Assembly: GCF_004102945.1 (NCBI RefSeq)
Contig: NZ_CP019384.1
Location: 390,001 to 422,000 of the forward strand
Direction: 5' to 3'
Source: Candidatus Velamenicoccus archaeovorus
GTDB lineage: Bacteria > Omnitrophota > Gorgyraeia > Velamenicoccales > Velamenicoccaceae
DNA length: 32,000 nt
Shown here: positions 1 through 7,449 of the stretch, piece by piece
Position numbering within the stretch: position 1 is the stretch's first letter
Layout of the letters: every line of letters begins with the position of its first letter
The notes under the pieces: model-generated
Databases searched by the model: none
The model's input: the letters and a program-made list of their open reading frames with translations, nothing else
Told to the model about the DNA's origin: nothing
Position numbers and translations under genes: made by a program

Positions 1-93
1 GTCGGCACAAGCCTTATGCGCGCCAAAGACCCCGGCGCGCTCGCCGCGGTATTCGTTTCTTTCCTGAAGTCATCCGCTGTCGTAGGAGATTAA
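1..93 (+). CDS. trpC: 3' end of an indole-3-glycerol-phosphate synthase-like gene (partial, starts before the window)
   Basis: The frame is open from nt 1 to the TAA at 91-93 and translates VGTSLMRAKDPGALAAVFVSFLKSSAVVGD*. The xGxSLMRaxDP tail resembles TrpC C-termini. The gene lies directly upstream of trpF. Confidence 0.5.
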   Translation, partial: VGTSLMRAKDPGALAAVFVSFLKSSAVVGD

Positions 94-230
94 AGGTTTA
101 TTTTATCGGTAGATGTCACTAGGGTGTTCATGGTTGACTGTATGCGGATGACCTCTCCGAAGTCAAGCGCGCAAGCTGCTTGGCGAAGGAGGGTTTATAG
201 GCAGCACGGACTTAAAATCTGTAGAGTTCC

Positions 231-860
231 ATGAGCGTCAACGTTAAGATCTGCGGGGTCACGAACCTACGCGATGCCAGGGTTGCTGTGGCTGCGGGCG
301 CGGATTTCCTCGGGTTTGTTTTTTACAAGAAAAGCCCGCGTTACATCCCGCCTTCCAGGGCCCGCCGCCTGATCAGCCGGCTGCCCCGGACGGTCCGCAA
401 GGTTGGAGTCTTTGTCAACGAAGACAAAGAGCGCGTGAAGGCGGTGGCGGCGTCCTGCGGTCTGGACATGGTGCAGTTTCACGGCACAGAGACGCCGGCC
501 TACGTGAATTCTTTTAAAGGATGCGGCGTCATCAAGGCGGTCCGCGTCCGGGATCGCCGTTCTTTGGAGGGTTTGGACCGGTATCGGGCGGATTTTTTTC
601 TTCTGGATACTTTCCGCCGGTGTCGCTTCGGCGGAACGGGTGCGACGTTCGCCTGGAAGGTCCTGGCGCCTCTCGCAGACAAGAAGGCGAAGATCATTGT
701 TTCTGGCGGCCTGACGCCGGAGAATGTCGGCGGGTTCTTAAAAGTTTTCAGACCTTACGGCGTTGATGTCTCCAGCGGCGTGGAGAAGGCACCCGGTAAA
801 AAAGACCATAAACGCGTCAAGAGGTTCATAGATGCCGTGAAGGGTTTTGAGGGGAGATGA
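231..860 (+). CDS. trpF: Phosphoribosylanthranilate isomerase
   Basis: This 209-aa ORF has N-terminal VKICGVTNLRDARVAVAAGADFLGFVF and C-terminal GVDVSSGVE motifs typical of PRAI TIM barrels. Confidence 0.9.
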   Translation: MSVNVKICGVTNLRDARVAVAAGADFLGFVFYKKSPRYIPPSRARRLISRLPRTVRKVGVFVNEDKERVKAVAASCGLDMVQFHGTETPAYVNSFKGCGVIKAVRVRDRRSLEGLDRYRADFFLLDTFRRCRFGGTGATFAWKVLAPLADKKAKIIVSGGLTPENVGGFLKVFRPYGVDVSSGVEKAPGKKDHKRVKRFIDAVKGFEGR

Positions 861-972
861 GGTTGTGATGAATAACCAAATTCCAAGAAACAAACACGTA
901 AACGTTTGGTTATTTGAATTTGGTGTTTGATTATTGTTTCTTGATCATTGGTGATTTACTCAAGGAGTTCTT

Positions 973-1266
973 ATGACAATAAAGCAGTGGATCGAGTTAT
1001 GTCACGCGACAGCCAAGGAAAAGGGGTGGTGGGATTTCGAGCGCTCCGACGGCGAGCTCATCGCTTTGATGCATTCCGAGCTTTCCGAGGCACTGGAGGC
1101 GATGCGTAACGACCTGGGCAAGGACGCCATCGCCGAGGAGCTGGCGGATTGTTGTATCCGCATCTTTGATTATTGCGGCGCCCGCGGCCTGGATTTAGAG
1201 GAGGCGCTCAAGAAGAAAGCCGAGAAGAACAAAAGCCGGCCGTATCGGCATGGAAAGAAATTTTAA
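973..1266 (+). CDS. Small MazG-like all-alpha nucleoside triphosphate pyrophosphohydrolase
   Basis: This 97-aa ORF has the acidic helix pattern HSELSEALEA...AEELADCCIRIFD, characteristic of the MazG/dimeric-dUTPase-like NTP-PPase fold. An AAGGAG SD lies just upstream. The flanking DNA is AT-richer. Confidence 0.65.
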   Translation: MTIKQWIELCHATAKEKGWWDFERSDGELIALMHSELSEALEAMRNDLGKDAIAEELADCCIRIFDYCGARGLDLEEALKKKAEKNKSRPYRHGKKF

Positions 1267-1270
1267 TGAG

Positions 1271-1517
1271 GGCATGACTTAGCGAGCCGATGGCCGTAGG
1301 CGGTGAAGCTAAGTCATCAGCCCGAATTAATCCGCCAATGTACTGGTGGCGGATGGCACCATGGCATGACTTAGCGAGCCGATGGCCGTAGGCGGTGAAG
1401 CTAAGTCATCAGCCCGAATTAATCCGCCAATGTACTGGTGGCGGATGGCACCATGGCATGACTTAGCGAGCCGATGGCCGTAGGCGGTGAAGCTAAGTCA
1501 TCAGCCCGAATTAATCC
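1271..1517 (+). repeat. Perfect tandem repeat of a 92-bp unit, 2.7 copies (1271-1362, 1363-1454, 1455-1517 truncated)
   Basis: The copies are identical by direct comparison. Each unit has a 10-bp stem (ATGACTTAGC/GCTAAGTCAT, 24-nt loop) and an 8-bp stem (ATCCGCCA/TGGCGGAT, 9-nt loop). The period is not a multiple of 3. Confidence 0.95.
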
Positions 1518-1568
1518 CGCGAGTACCGTAAAATTCTGGAAGAATTTTACGATATCTTACGGAGCGGG
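1516..1568 (+). promoter_or_regulatory. Structured element between the tandem repeat and the small ORF, with alternative-pairing potential
   Basis: An outer CCCGC/GCGGG pairing (1516-1520 / 1564-1568) encloses a 10-bp hairpin, CGTAAAATTC (1527-1536) / GAATTTTACG (1542-1551). A second TTACGG (1557-1562) could compete for CCGTAA (1526-1531). Confidence 0.35.
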
Positions 1569-1612
1569 GCAAGTGACGTAACTTGAGTAACATTCATTAT
1601 AGGAGTTAATAT

Positions 1613-1759
1613 ATGTTTAATCTCCCCGACATGGCCAAGCTGGCGCAAACGGCCAAAGAAGTGCAGGACAAGCAACACCGGATGGAAGAGAGGAAGCTTG
1701 AAATCCTCCAGAGGATCGAGCAGAAGCTTGACCGGATTCTGGAAGAGTTGAAAAAGTGA
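1613..1759 (+). CDS. Hypothetical 48-aa helical or coiled-coil peptide (below the ORF-track cutoff)
   Basis: The ATG is preceded by AGGAG (1601-1605) at 7-nt spacing. The translation is MFNLPDMAKLAQTAKEVQDKQHRMEERKLEILQRIEQKLDRILEELKK*. The 1606-1824 minus-strand ORF looks like its shadow. Confidence 0.35.
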   Translation: MFNLPDMAKLAQTAKEVQDKQHRMEERKLEILQRIEQKLDRILEELKK

Positions 1760-1926
1760 AGCTCCGCTTTATCGGCGCTTCGCGAAACCCCGCACCGAAA
1801 GCCTTTCGGGCTTTGCACCTTCATCCCCGGACAGCCTGTCTGCCGGCAAGGCGGGGAGTCTGGGGCTTTCTGGCACTGAGTAAAATTCGTCCAACGTCTT
1901 GATGTTTTCAGGGGAGGGGGCCTGGG

Positions 1927-2775
1927 ATGTTTAAAAATTTAAAAAAGGCGGCACGAGAACTGGAAGAAATCCGCGCATTAAGCGGGTTGATGGCCAACCT
2001 TCAGACAGAGACCTACATACGGCAGTTTTTATATAATAATCCCAAATATCAGGACGCCAAGCGATTGACGCGATATGAGCATAAAGGGTTCTCGCAGCAC
2101 GGTGAAGACGGCATAATTGAAGAGATCTTTCGCCGGATCAAGACGACGTCGCAATTTTTTGTCGAGTTCGGCTGCGGGAAGCATGGCACGGAAAATAACA
2201 GTCTTTTGTTATTGTTAAAAGGGTGGCAGGGCATCTGGATGGAATATAAGCCGGTCTATGTCGAGCGGATCAAAAGTAAGTTCAAGCCCCTGATCGATAA
2301 AGGCAAATTATCCGTTTGGCGCGCATGCATTACTTCTGAAAATATCAATGAGGTCTTTGCCGAATGTCAGGTCCCCCGGGAATTCGACTTGCTTTCTATC
2401 GATATCGATGGCAACGATTATTGGGTTTGGCAGGCGCTCACGGGGTTTTCCCCGCGTGTCGTCATTATGGAATACAACGCGATTTTTCCGCCATCGATGC
2501 CATGGGTCATGAAGGAAAACTTAAAACATAAATGGGACGGCACGTCCCATTTTGGCGCCAGTCTGAAGTCGCTGGAGCTCTTGGGCGCCCGGAAGGGTTA
2601 TAAATTGGTCGGTTGCGATTTTGGCGGCGGGAACGCTTTTTTTGTCCGCGAAGACCTCGCGGGCGACCTTTTTTTGGCGCCTTTTACCGCTGAAAACCAT
2701 TATGAACCTCCCCGGTATTTCCTGGCGCGTCAGCAAGGTCATCCCAGAAATTTCGGGGATTTTGAGATAAAGTAG
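1927..2775 (+). CDS. FkbM-family (class I SAM-dependent) methyltransferase-like protein
   Basis: This 282-aa ORF has the pattern FSQHGEDGIIEEIF...FFVEFGCGKHGTENNSLLLLLKGWQGIWME. That matches the SQxGEDxxI...FVExGAxDGxxxSNT...GWxGxxxE signature seen in FkbM-type methyltransferases. Confidence 0.6.
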   Translation: MFKNLKKAARELEEIRALSGLMANLQTETYIRQFLYNNPKYQDAKRLTRYEHKGFSQHGEDGIIEEIFRRIKTTSQFFVEFGCGKHGTENNSLLLLLKGWQGIWMEYKPVYVERIKSKFKPLIDKGKLSVWRACITSENINEVFAECQVPREFDLLSIDIDGNDYWVWQALTGFSPRVVIMEYNAIFPPSMPWVMKENLKHKWDGTSHFGASLKSLELLGARKGYKLVGCDFGGGNAFFVREDLAGDLFLAPFTAENHYEPPRYFLARQQGHPRNFGDFEIK

Positions 2776-2905
2776 AGATAAGGTTCTGTCTGGGGTTTGT
2801 CCGGGTCTATCCTATCAGTAGTTATGTTGGAAGCGTCCCCTTTGGGAAGTAGATTCTCAGGGGTTATTTTTTACCTTATTTCGTTCCATAAATGGAAAAT
2901 AAAGC

Positions 2906-2934
2906 TTGATTTAATAATCCTTATGTGTTACAGT
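2906..2934 (+). promoter_or_regulatory. Sigma70-like promoter candidate for the pil-like cluster
   Basis: TTGATT (2906-2911), a 17-nt spacer, then TACAGT (2929-2934) preceded by TGT (extended -10). AAGAGG lies 8 nt upstream of the ATG at 2959. Confidence 0.4.
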
Positions 2935-2958
2935 TATGGAACGCAAGAGGTTTGTCTC

Positions 2959-4365
2959 ATGCATCCCCATTCACCTCTTTATGTCCTGGAATTCAGCGGC
3001 TCTTCTTTGCAATGCTGTCGCAGCGAGATGCGGCGTCGATCAAGGCGTCTGACCCATTGTTTTATCATCAGGGATCGGGAGGGCGTCCTGAATAATCCGC
3101 GTGTTCTCGCCCGGCATTTCCGCAAGCACGGTTTCAGGCCGATAGATCCCATTGTCATTATTCCCCGTCACCTTGCCAGCGTCCAGACATTGCGTTTGCC
3201 CTCTCAAGATAAACATGAGCTCGAGGAAATGGTCCGGCTTCACATTTCAAGGAACAGCGGTCCGGCAGGCGAGGAAGTGGTATATGACTATCAGTTTGCA
3301 GGCCTTGACGCGCAAGGATATGCCCTCGTTCATGTCTATAGTCTTCCTAAAAGCCGGTTGGAATATTATTTGATTGTCCTGAAAAAAATGGGCTTGAATC
3401 CGTCTCTGGTGACGTTTAATGTCGAGGGAATGGGGCGATGGCTTTTGCTGCAAAAGGCCAGCCGCGAGGCGACAGGGAGGTCTTTGTGCCTATTGAATGC
3501 GGGGCCCGACGGTTTTGATTTCAATGTCTTCTGCGACGGCCGAATTTATTTCAGCCGTTCTTTTTCGTTTTCTCCCATCACGGGGCCGGAGCGGGCCTCA
3601 TTGTTGTTGCGCGAGATCAAGATGAGCCTGGAGCTTTGCCGCCGGCTGGGCGGCGTGGAATTTATCTTCGACAAAAAGATCTATGTCGCGGGATCTTTTT
3701 CGCCAGAAGAGCTCCAGGCGTTGAAAAGCCATAGTTTCTTCGACGCTGTTGTTATTGAAGACGTGATCCAGGCGGGAAATCCATTCCTTCGGTCTTTGCC
3801 GGCCGAGGAGCGTTTATCGTTTGCGTCCAGTCTCGGACTGGCCATGAATCCCGAAAACGGATGTATGGATATGAGGCCGCCCGAATGCAAGGCGGAGGCC
3901 AGGGGGCGGGCTGTCGGCCGACGGTGGCATCATGGCGCGTTTCTTTTTTGCGGCCTTGTTTTTATATTGTGGTTTCTGTATGCCGCGAAGGTCGTCCGGG
4001 ACGCCGACGCGTTCACGAGGTTAAGGCATGAGATGGCGGCACAGAAGGATGTCATGACAATCGGCGATGCCGTGGCCCGCGGGGTGTGGGTTGAGAACCA
4101 CTTTGTCGCGACAGGCACCTACAAGGAGATTTTATCCGTCTTGGGGCGGCACAGCGACGAAAACATCATGATAGACGAGCTTCGCGTCCAGGGCGGAGCC
4201 AAGATATCCCTCAAAGGCTCAGGCAAAGACATGACGCATGTCCTGGATTATGTGAAGTCCTTGAAATCGGAGCGCGTTTTTCAAAAGGCCCGGTTGGAGT
4301 ATCTTATCCAGAATAAAGACGCGCTGACAGAAGGACCCGTGTCGTTCAGGGTCGCTATCCCATAG
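2959..4365 (+). CDS. PilM-like (actin-fold) / PilN-like fusion protein of a type IV pilus alignment complex
   Basis: The N-terminal roughly 330 aa resemble PilM (LYVLEFSGSSLQ..., YDYQ...VHVYSLPKSRLEYYLIVLKKMGLNP). A single TM helix (AFLFCGLVFILWFLYAAKVV) and a PilN-like periplasmic tail follow. The start was moved to ATG 2959 because the ORF-track TTG 2797 extension looks non-coding. Confidence 0.6.
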   Translation: MHPHSPLYVLEFSGSSLQCCRSEMRRRSRRLTHCFIIRDREGVLNNPRVLARHFRKHGFRPIDPIVIIPRHLASVQTLRLPSQDKHELEEMVRLHISRNSGPAGEEVVYDYQFAGLDAQGYALVHVYSLPKSRLEYYLIVLKKMGLNPSLVTFNVEGMGRWLLLQKASREATGRSLCLLNAGPDGFDFNVFCDGRIYFSRSFSFSPITGPERASLLLREIKMSLELCRRLGGVEFIFDKKIYVAGSFSPEELQALKSHSFFDAVVIEDVIQAGNPFLRSLPAEERLSFASSLGLAMNPENGCMDMRPPECKAEARGRAVGRRWHHGAFLFCGLVFILWFLYAAKVVRDADAFTRLRHEMAAQKDVMTIGDAVARGVWVENHFVATGTYKEILSVLGRHSDENIMIDELRVQGGAKISLKGSGKDMTHVLDYVKSLKSERVFQKARLEYLIQNKDALTEGPVSFRVAIP

Positions 4366-4387
4366 TTGGCTCTGCGCGGCCTAAAAG

Positions 4388-4407
4388 CTCCGCCCTTTAG
4401 GGCGGAG
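4388..4407 (+). terminator. Stem-loop just after the pilMN-like stop (possible terminator, no T-tract)
   Basis: CTCCGCCC-TTTA-GGGCGGAG, an 8-bp perfect stem with a tetraloop, 23 nt after the stop codon. Confidence 0.35.
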
Positions 4408-4445
4408 AGTGTTGTGGCCGCTTAGAGGTACCCGAAACAAGCCCC

Positions 4446-4504
4446 GGCCTCTGCCCCTGGCCTTGTCCTCGGCCTGCCCTTCGGGCAAGGCCAGGGGCGA
4501 GGCC
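4446..4504. repeat. Long GC-rich inverted repeat (19-bp stem, 1-nt bulge, 20-nt loop)
   Basis: GGCCTC(T)GCCCCTGGCCTTG at 4446-4465 pairs with CAAGGCCAGGGGCGAGGCC at 4486-4504. The loop contains its own GCCC-TTC-GGGC mini-hairpin. TCCTCGGCC (4466-4474) can alternatively pair with GGCCGAGGA (4501-4509). Confidence 0.8.
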
Positions 4505-4585
4505 GAGGAATATGGGTTGACTATTGAGGCTGGATCTTGTCTTTGTAAACAGCACATAATATGTTGAAATGTCTAATATCGAAAT

Positions 4586-4898
4586 CCCAATGACGAATAA
4601 ATGTTCAATGCCTAAAGAAAAACATGCCGAATTATGATCTTGAGGAAAGGACTGCAAAATTTGGAGAAGACATTATTGATTTTGCAAAAAAGAGGCTCGC
4701 GAAACAAAACATTGGTTGCGCATGGTGGTCAGAGTCCAAAAACCGTTAGAGCAAGAGGCGAAAAGACTTGCAGGGGAGGCGCAAGAATTGAATCTTATTT
4801 TTTGCGCGATCGTCAACAAATGCCGGAAAACTGATTCATGAATTATTGAGGTCTTGGATATTTATTCGGCATTGGTCATTAGAAATTCGTCATTGGAG
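4586..4898. repeat. Imperfect inverted repeats bracketing the decayed four-helix-bundle gene (cassette-like unit)
   Basis: The left arm at 4586-4612 is CCCAATGACGAATAAATGTTCAATGCC. The reverse complement of the right arm at 4868-4898 is CTCCAATGACGAATTTCTAATGACCAATGCC. They share CCAATGACGAAT and AATGnnCAATGCC blocks. Confidence 0.6.
4624..4841 (+). pseudogene. Degenerate four-helix-bundle (23S rRNA IVS protein family) gene with an internal deletion and frameshift
   Basis: The frame from ATG 4624 gives MPNYDLEERTAKFGEDIIDFAKKRLAKQNIG... and stops at 4747. A different frame from 4746 gives LEQEAKRLAGEAQELNLIFCAIVNKCRK..*. These are typical N- and C-terminal helices of the family. The central QxxRSxxSIxANxxEA portion is missing. 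Confidence 0.6.
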
Positions 4899-4926
4899 AA
4901 TAAACTTAACTTGTTTGGGTGTTTCT

Positions 4927-5835
4927 ATGAACATAAGTTCATTTGCGAAACACATCTTTAAACCATATCCCTGGGCCCGGGCCAAAAGATCGTTTTTAGC
5001 CATGGGATTATGCATGATTTTGAGCGCACCCGGCTGGATGGCATTGCGTCAGGCGGATAAAAGCCTTTCTGTGTTGCTGGATAGAGGCAGACAAGAGGAG
5101 GAGGCTGTTGTTTTGTTTTTGAATGTTTTGAACGAAGACAAGGGGTTAAAAGAGACATATGGCCGAAGAAAAATGGGCGAGATCTCTCTGGATGAGTCTT
5201 TAAAAGAACTGCATATGTTGGCAAAAAGAGAGAGGATTTTTTTGGGTTCTATGAAGCCGGCGCAGGCAGACGAAAAAAATGACCGGCAGGGTCTGCGGCG
5301 CAGGAAGATCGAAATGACTTTTCAGGCGCCGGAAGACGGCGTCTATCGGTTTTTGGACGGGTTTTCGGAACTCACATTTTTTTCTTCGCCTGAGTCGATG
5401 GCGATTTCTGCGTCTCCAGAAGGTGCGTCTCTCGTCGGTGTCCGCATGGCGCTTGAGGTATTCGACGATCTGCGAATACCCAAAAAGAAAGCCCGGGATT
5501 ATCTGAAAAAAGCGATTGGTTCGGGTAGGGCCTTTGCGGAACCTCAGGTCTATGTGACGGCCGCAGGCAGAAAGATATTCGGGTCGGCCAAGACCAAGCC
5601 GAAGCGGGCGATCCTGACGCAGGAAAAGAAAGAGGACATCCTGGCGCAGTTGGTGCTTGTCGGTATCGTAGAAGACGTGGGACAAGGCAGGCGTGCCGCC
5701 GTCGAAGACAAGAGATCAGCCAGGACGTCCTATCTTTGTGTCAATGATGCTGTCGGAGATCTCGTGGTTTCCGAGATCGGCGATCACCAGGTGGTTTTTT
5801 CAGGAGGCGGGCAATGCTATGCCCTCGAGCTGTGA
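4927..5835 (+). CDS. PilO-like / PilP-like pilus assembly protein (membrane-anchored)
   Basis: The TM segment is SFLAMGLCMILSAPGWMAL, followed by a charged coiled region. The C-terminal beta-domain VLVGIVEDVGQGRRAAVEDKRSARTSYLCVNDAVGDLVVSEIGDHQVVF resembles PilP/GspC HR-type domains. The gene lies between pilMN-like and the secretin. The ATG 4927 start is preferred because the upstream TTG extension overlaps the inverted-repeat arm. Confidence 0.45.
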   Translation: MNISSFAKHIFKPYPWARAKRSFLAMGLCMILSAPGWMALRQADKSLSVLLDRGRQEEEAVVLFLNVLNEDKGLKETYGRRKMGEISLDESLKELHMLAKRERIFLGSMKPAQADEKNDRQGLRRRKIEMTFQAPEDGVYRFLDGFSELTFFSSPESMAISASPEGASLVGVRMALEVFDDLRIPKKKARDYLKKAIGSGRAFAEPQVYVTAAGRKIFGSAKTKPKRAILTQEKKEDILAQLVLVGIVEDVGQGRRAAVEDKRSARTSYLCVNDAVGDLVVSEIGDHQVVFSGGGQCYALEL

Positions 5836-7424
5836 ATCCCGTTAGAGAAATTTGTTCTCGAAATGTTTACTCTGGTGGCGGTCTAAAGTCACCGTCAGTT
5901 TCCATCGGAGACGACCATCGCTTTCAGGCAGCGGCTTTTTCTAACGTGACGAGTATTTTTTTATTTGCATATCTTGTATTTTTCGCCGGCGTCGTCTCGG
6001 CCCAGGACCTGAACCCGCCTGCCGCGGCAACGGCCGCTGACAAGGTGTCGCTCGATATCAAGGGCATGGATGTCGTGGAGGTCTTGAAGATGCTGGCATC
6101 CAAGGTGCGCATCAACGTGGTCGTTGACAAGAACGTCAGCGGCCGCGTGACCGTCTTTGTGAAGGATGTCTCACCCTCTGACGCGATGAGGACGATCCTT
6201 GCTTCCAACAACCTGGTCCTGCACCAGGAGGGGGAGGTGGCGAGGATCATGACGGCCCAGGATTACGAACAGGCCTACGGCCAGAAATACGCCGATCCCC
6301 GCCGGATGCTGCGCTTGCCTTTGCGTTATTTGGCCGTCCAGCAGGCGGCCGGCCTTCTGACGCAGGTGAAGTCGGGTGTCGGGCAGATCGTCGTCGATGA
6401 GGCCTCAGGCACCCTCATCATTTTGGAGACGCCCCAAAAATTGCATGAGATGGAGATCCTGGTTCGGCAGATGGACCGTCCGATGGAAACGCGCATCTTT
6501 GACCTGAATTACGCCAAGTGCGAGAAAGCGGCGGAGTCCGTGCGGGAAGTCCTTTCCGCGAACACCGGCCGTTTGGTCGTCGACACCCGGGCCAACCGCC
6601 TGATCGTGACGGATTATCCCGAACGTCTCAACCGGGCCGAGGCCGTGATTGCGGGTCTGGATCAGAGGACGCGGGAAGTGCTGATCGATGCCAAGATCGT
6701 TCAGGTCAACTTGACCGATAAGACCTCGCTGGGCATCGATTGGGAATACGTCCTGAATAAAAAATTCTCCGTCCAGGGAATGTTCGGCAACGTAATCACC
6801 ACGACCGGCAACAAATGGACGATTGGCAGTTTGAACCCCAGCGGGCGCAATGATTACAGCGCCGTCATCGAAGCGCTGCGGACGCAGGGGGATACAAAGA
6901 TCCTTTCGGCGCCAAGGCTGGCCGTTGTCAACAACGAATCCGCCAGGATCCTTGTCGGCTCCAAGCAGGTTTACGTGACGACGACGGCGGTCCAGGGTCA
7001 ATCGACGACCGAGACGGCCGAGGCGGTCAATTTCGTGGATGTCGGCGTGAAATTGTATGTGACGCCGACCATCGGGGCGGACGATTTCATTTCCATCAAG
7101 GTCAGGCCGGAGGTCAGCGCCGTGACGGAGAATTACACGACATCGACCGGAAATAAGATCCCTATTGTCGAGACCTCGGAGACGGAAACGACGGTTCTCC
7201 TGAAGGACGGCGCGACGCTGGTTATCGGCGGCCTGATGAAAGACGAAACGGTCAAAACGGCCAACAAGATCCCCTGGGTCGGCAACGTCCCTATCCTTGG
7301 TTTTTTCTTCCGTAACACGGTCTCGGAGACGCGCAAGACGGAGCTGGTGATTTTTCTGACCTGCCGGATCATGGATTTTGCCGCTGTGCCTCCCCAGGAA
7401 AACTTAAAGTTGCAAAAAAGTTAG
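5814..7424 (+). CDS. pilQ: Secretin (PilQ / type II-III secretion system family)
   Basis: A signal-like FLFAYLVFFAGVVSAQD is followed by the N-terminal domain LDIKGMDVVEVLKMLASKVRINVVVD. The secretin core is GDTKILSAPRLAVVNNESARILVGS and the C-terminus is IPWVGNVPILGFFFRN...ELVIFLT. The start is uncertain: ATG 5814 overlaps the upstream gene, and GTG 5946 is an alternative. Confidence 0.85.
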   Translation: MLCPRAVNPVREICSRNVYSGGGLKSPSVSIGDDHRFQAAAFSNVTSIFLFAYLVFFAGVVSAQDLNPPAAATAADKVSLDIKGMDVVEVLKMLASKVRINVVVDKNVSGRVTVFVKDVSPSDAMRTILASNNLVLHQEGEVARIMTAQDYEQAYGQKYADPRRMLRLPLRYLAVQQAAGLLTQVKSGVGQIVVDEASGTLIILETPQKLHEMEILVRQMDRPMETRIFDLNYAKCEKAAESVREVLSANTGRLVVDTRANRLIVTDYPERLNRAEAVIAGLDQRTREVLIDAKIVQVNLTDKTSLGIDWEYVLNKKFSVQGMFGNVITTTGNKWTIGSLNPSGRNDYSAVIEALRTQGDTKILSAPRLAVVNNESARILVGSKQVYVTTTAVQGQSTTETAEAVNFVDVGVKLYVTPTIGADDFISIKVRPEVSAVTENYTTSTGNKIPIVETSETETTVLLKDGATLVIGGLMKDETVKTANKIPWVGNVPILGFFFRNTVSETRKTELVIFLTCRIMDFAAVPPQENLKLQKS

Positions 7425-7449
7425 GCCGTGGCTATAATGAAAATCGATC

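Noticed and set aside
1271-1517. Tandem repeat considered as a CRISPR array
   Set aside because: The 92-bp units are contiguous and fully identical, with no unique spacers, and the period is far longer than a CRISPR repeat. No cas genes are in the window.
1271-1517. CUGAUGA on the minus strand of each repeat unit, considered as a hammerhead ribozyme core
   Set aside because: The CTGATGA is simply part of the 10-bp stem. The helix that follows is not succeeded by the required GAAA core, and no cleavage-site context fits.
1606-1824. 72-aa minus-strand ORF
   Set aside because: It is Ser/Cys/Leu-rich low-complexity translation antisense to a better-supported plus-strand micro-ORF that has an SD. 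It has no start context.
2797-2958. TTG-initiated N-terminal extension of the pilMN-like ORF
   Set aside because: The extension covers a promoter-like region and a hairpin and translates to implausible sequence. ATG 2959 has an SD and begins the PilM-like domain.
4634-4834. 66-aa ORF-track entry inside the four-helix-bundle remnant
   Set aside because: It is in the frame that carries neither the N-terminal nor the C-terminal family-like helices, and it is Arg/Gly-rich nonsense. The locus is better explained as a pseudogene.
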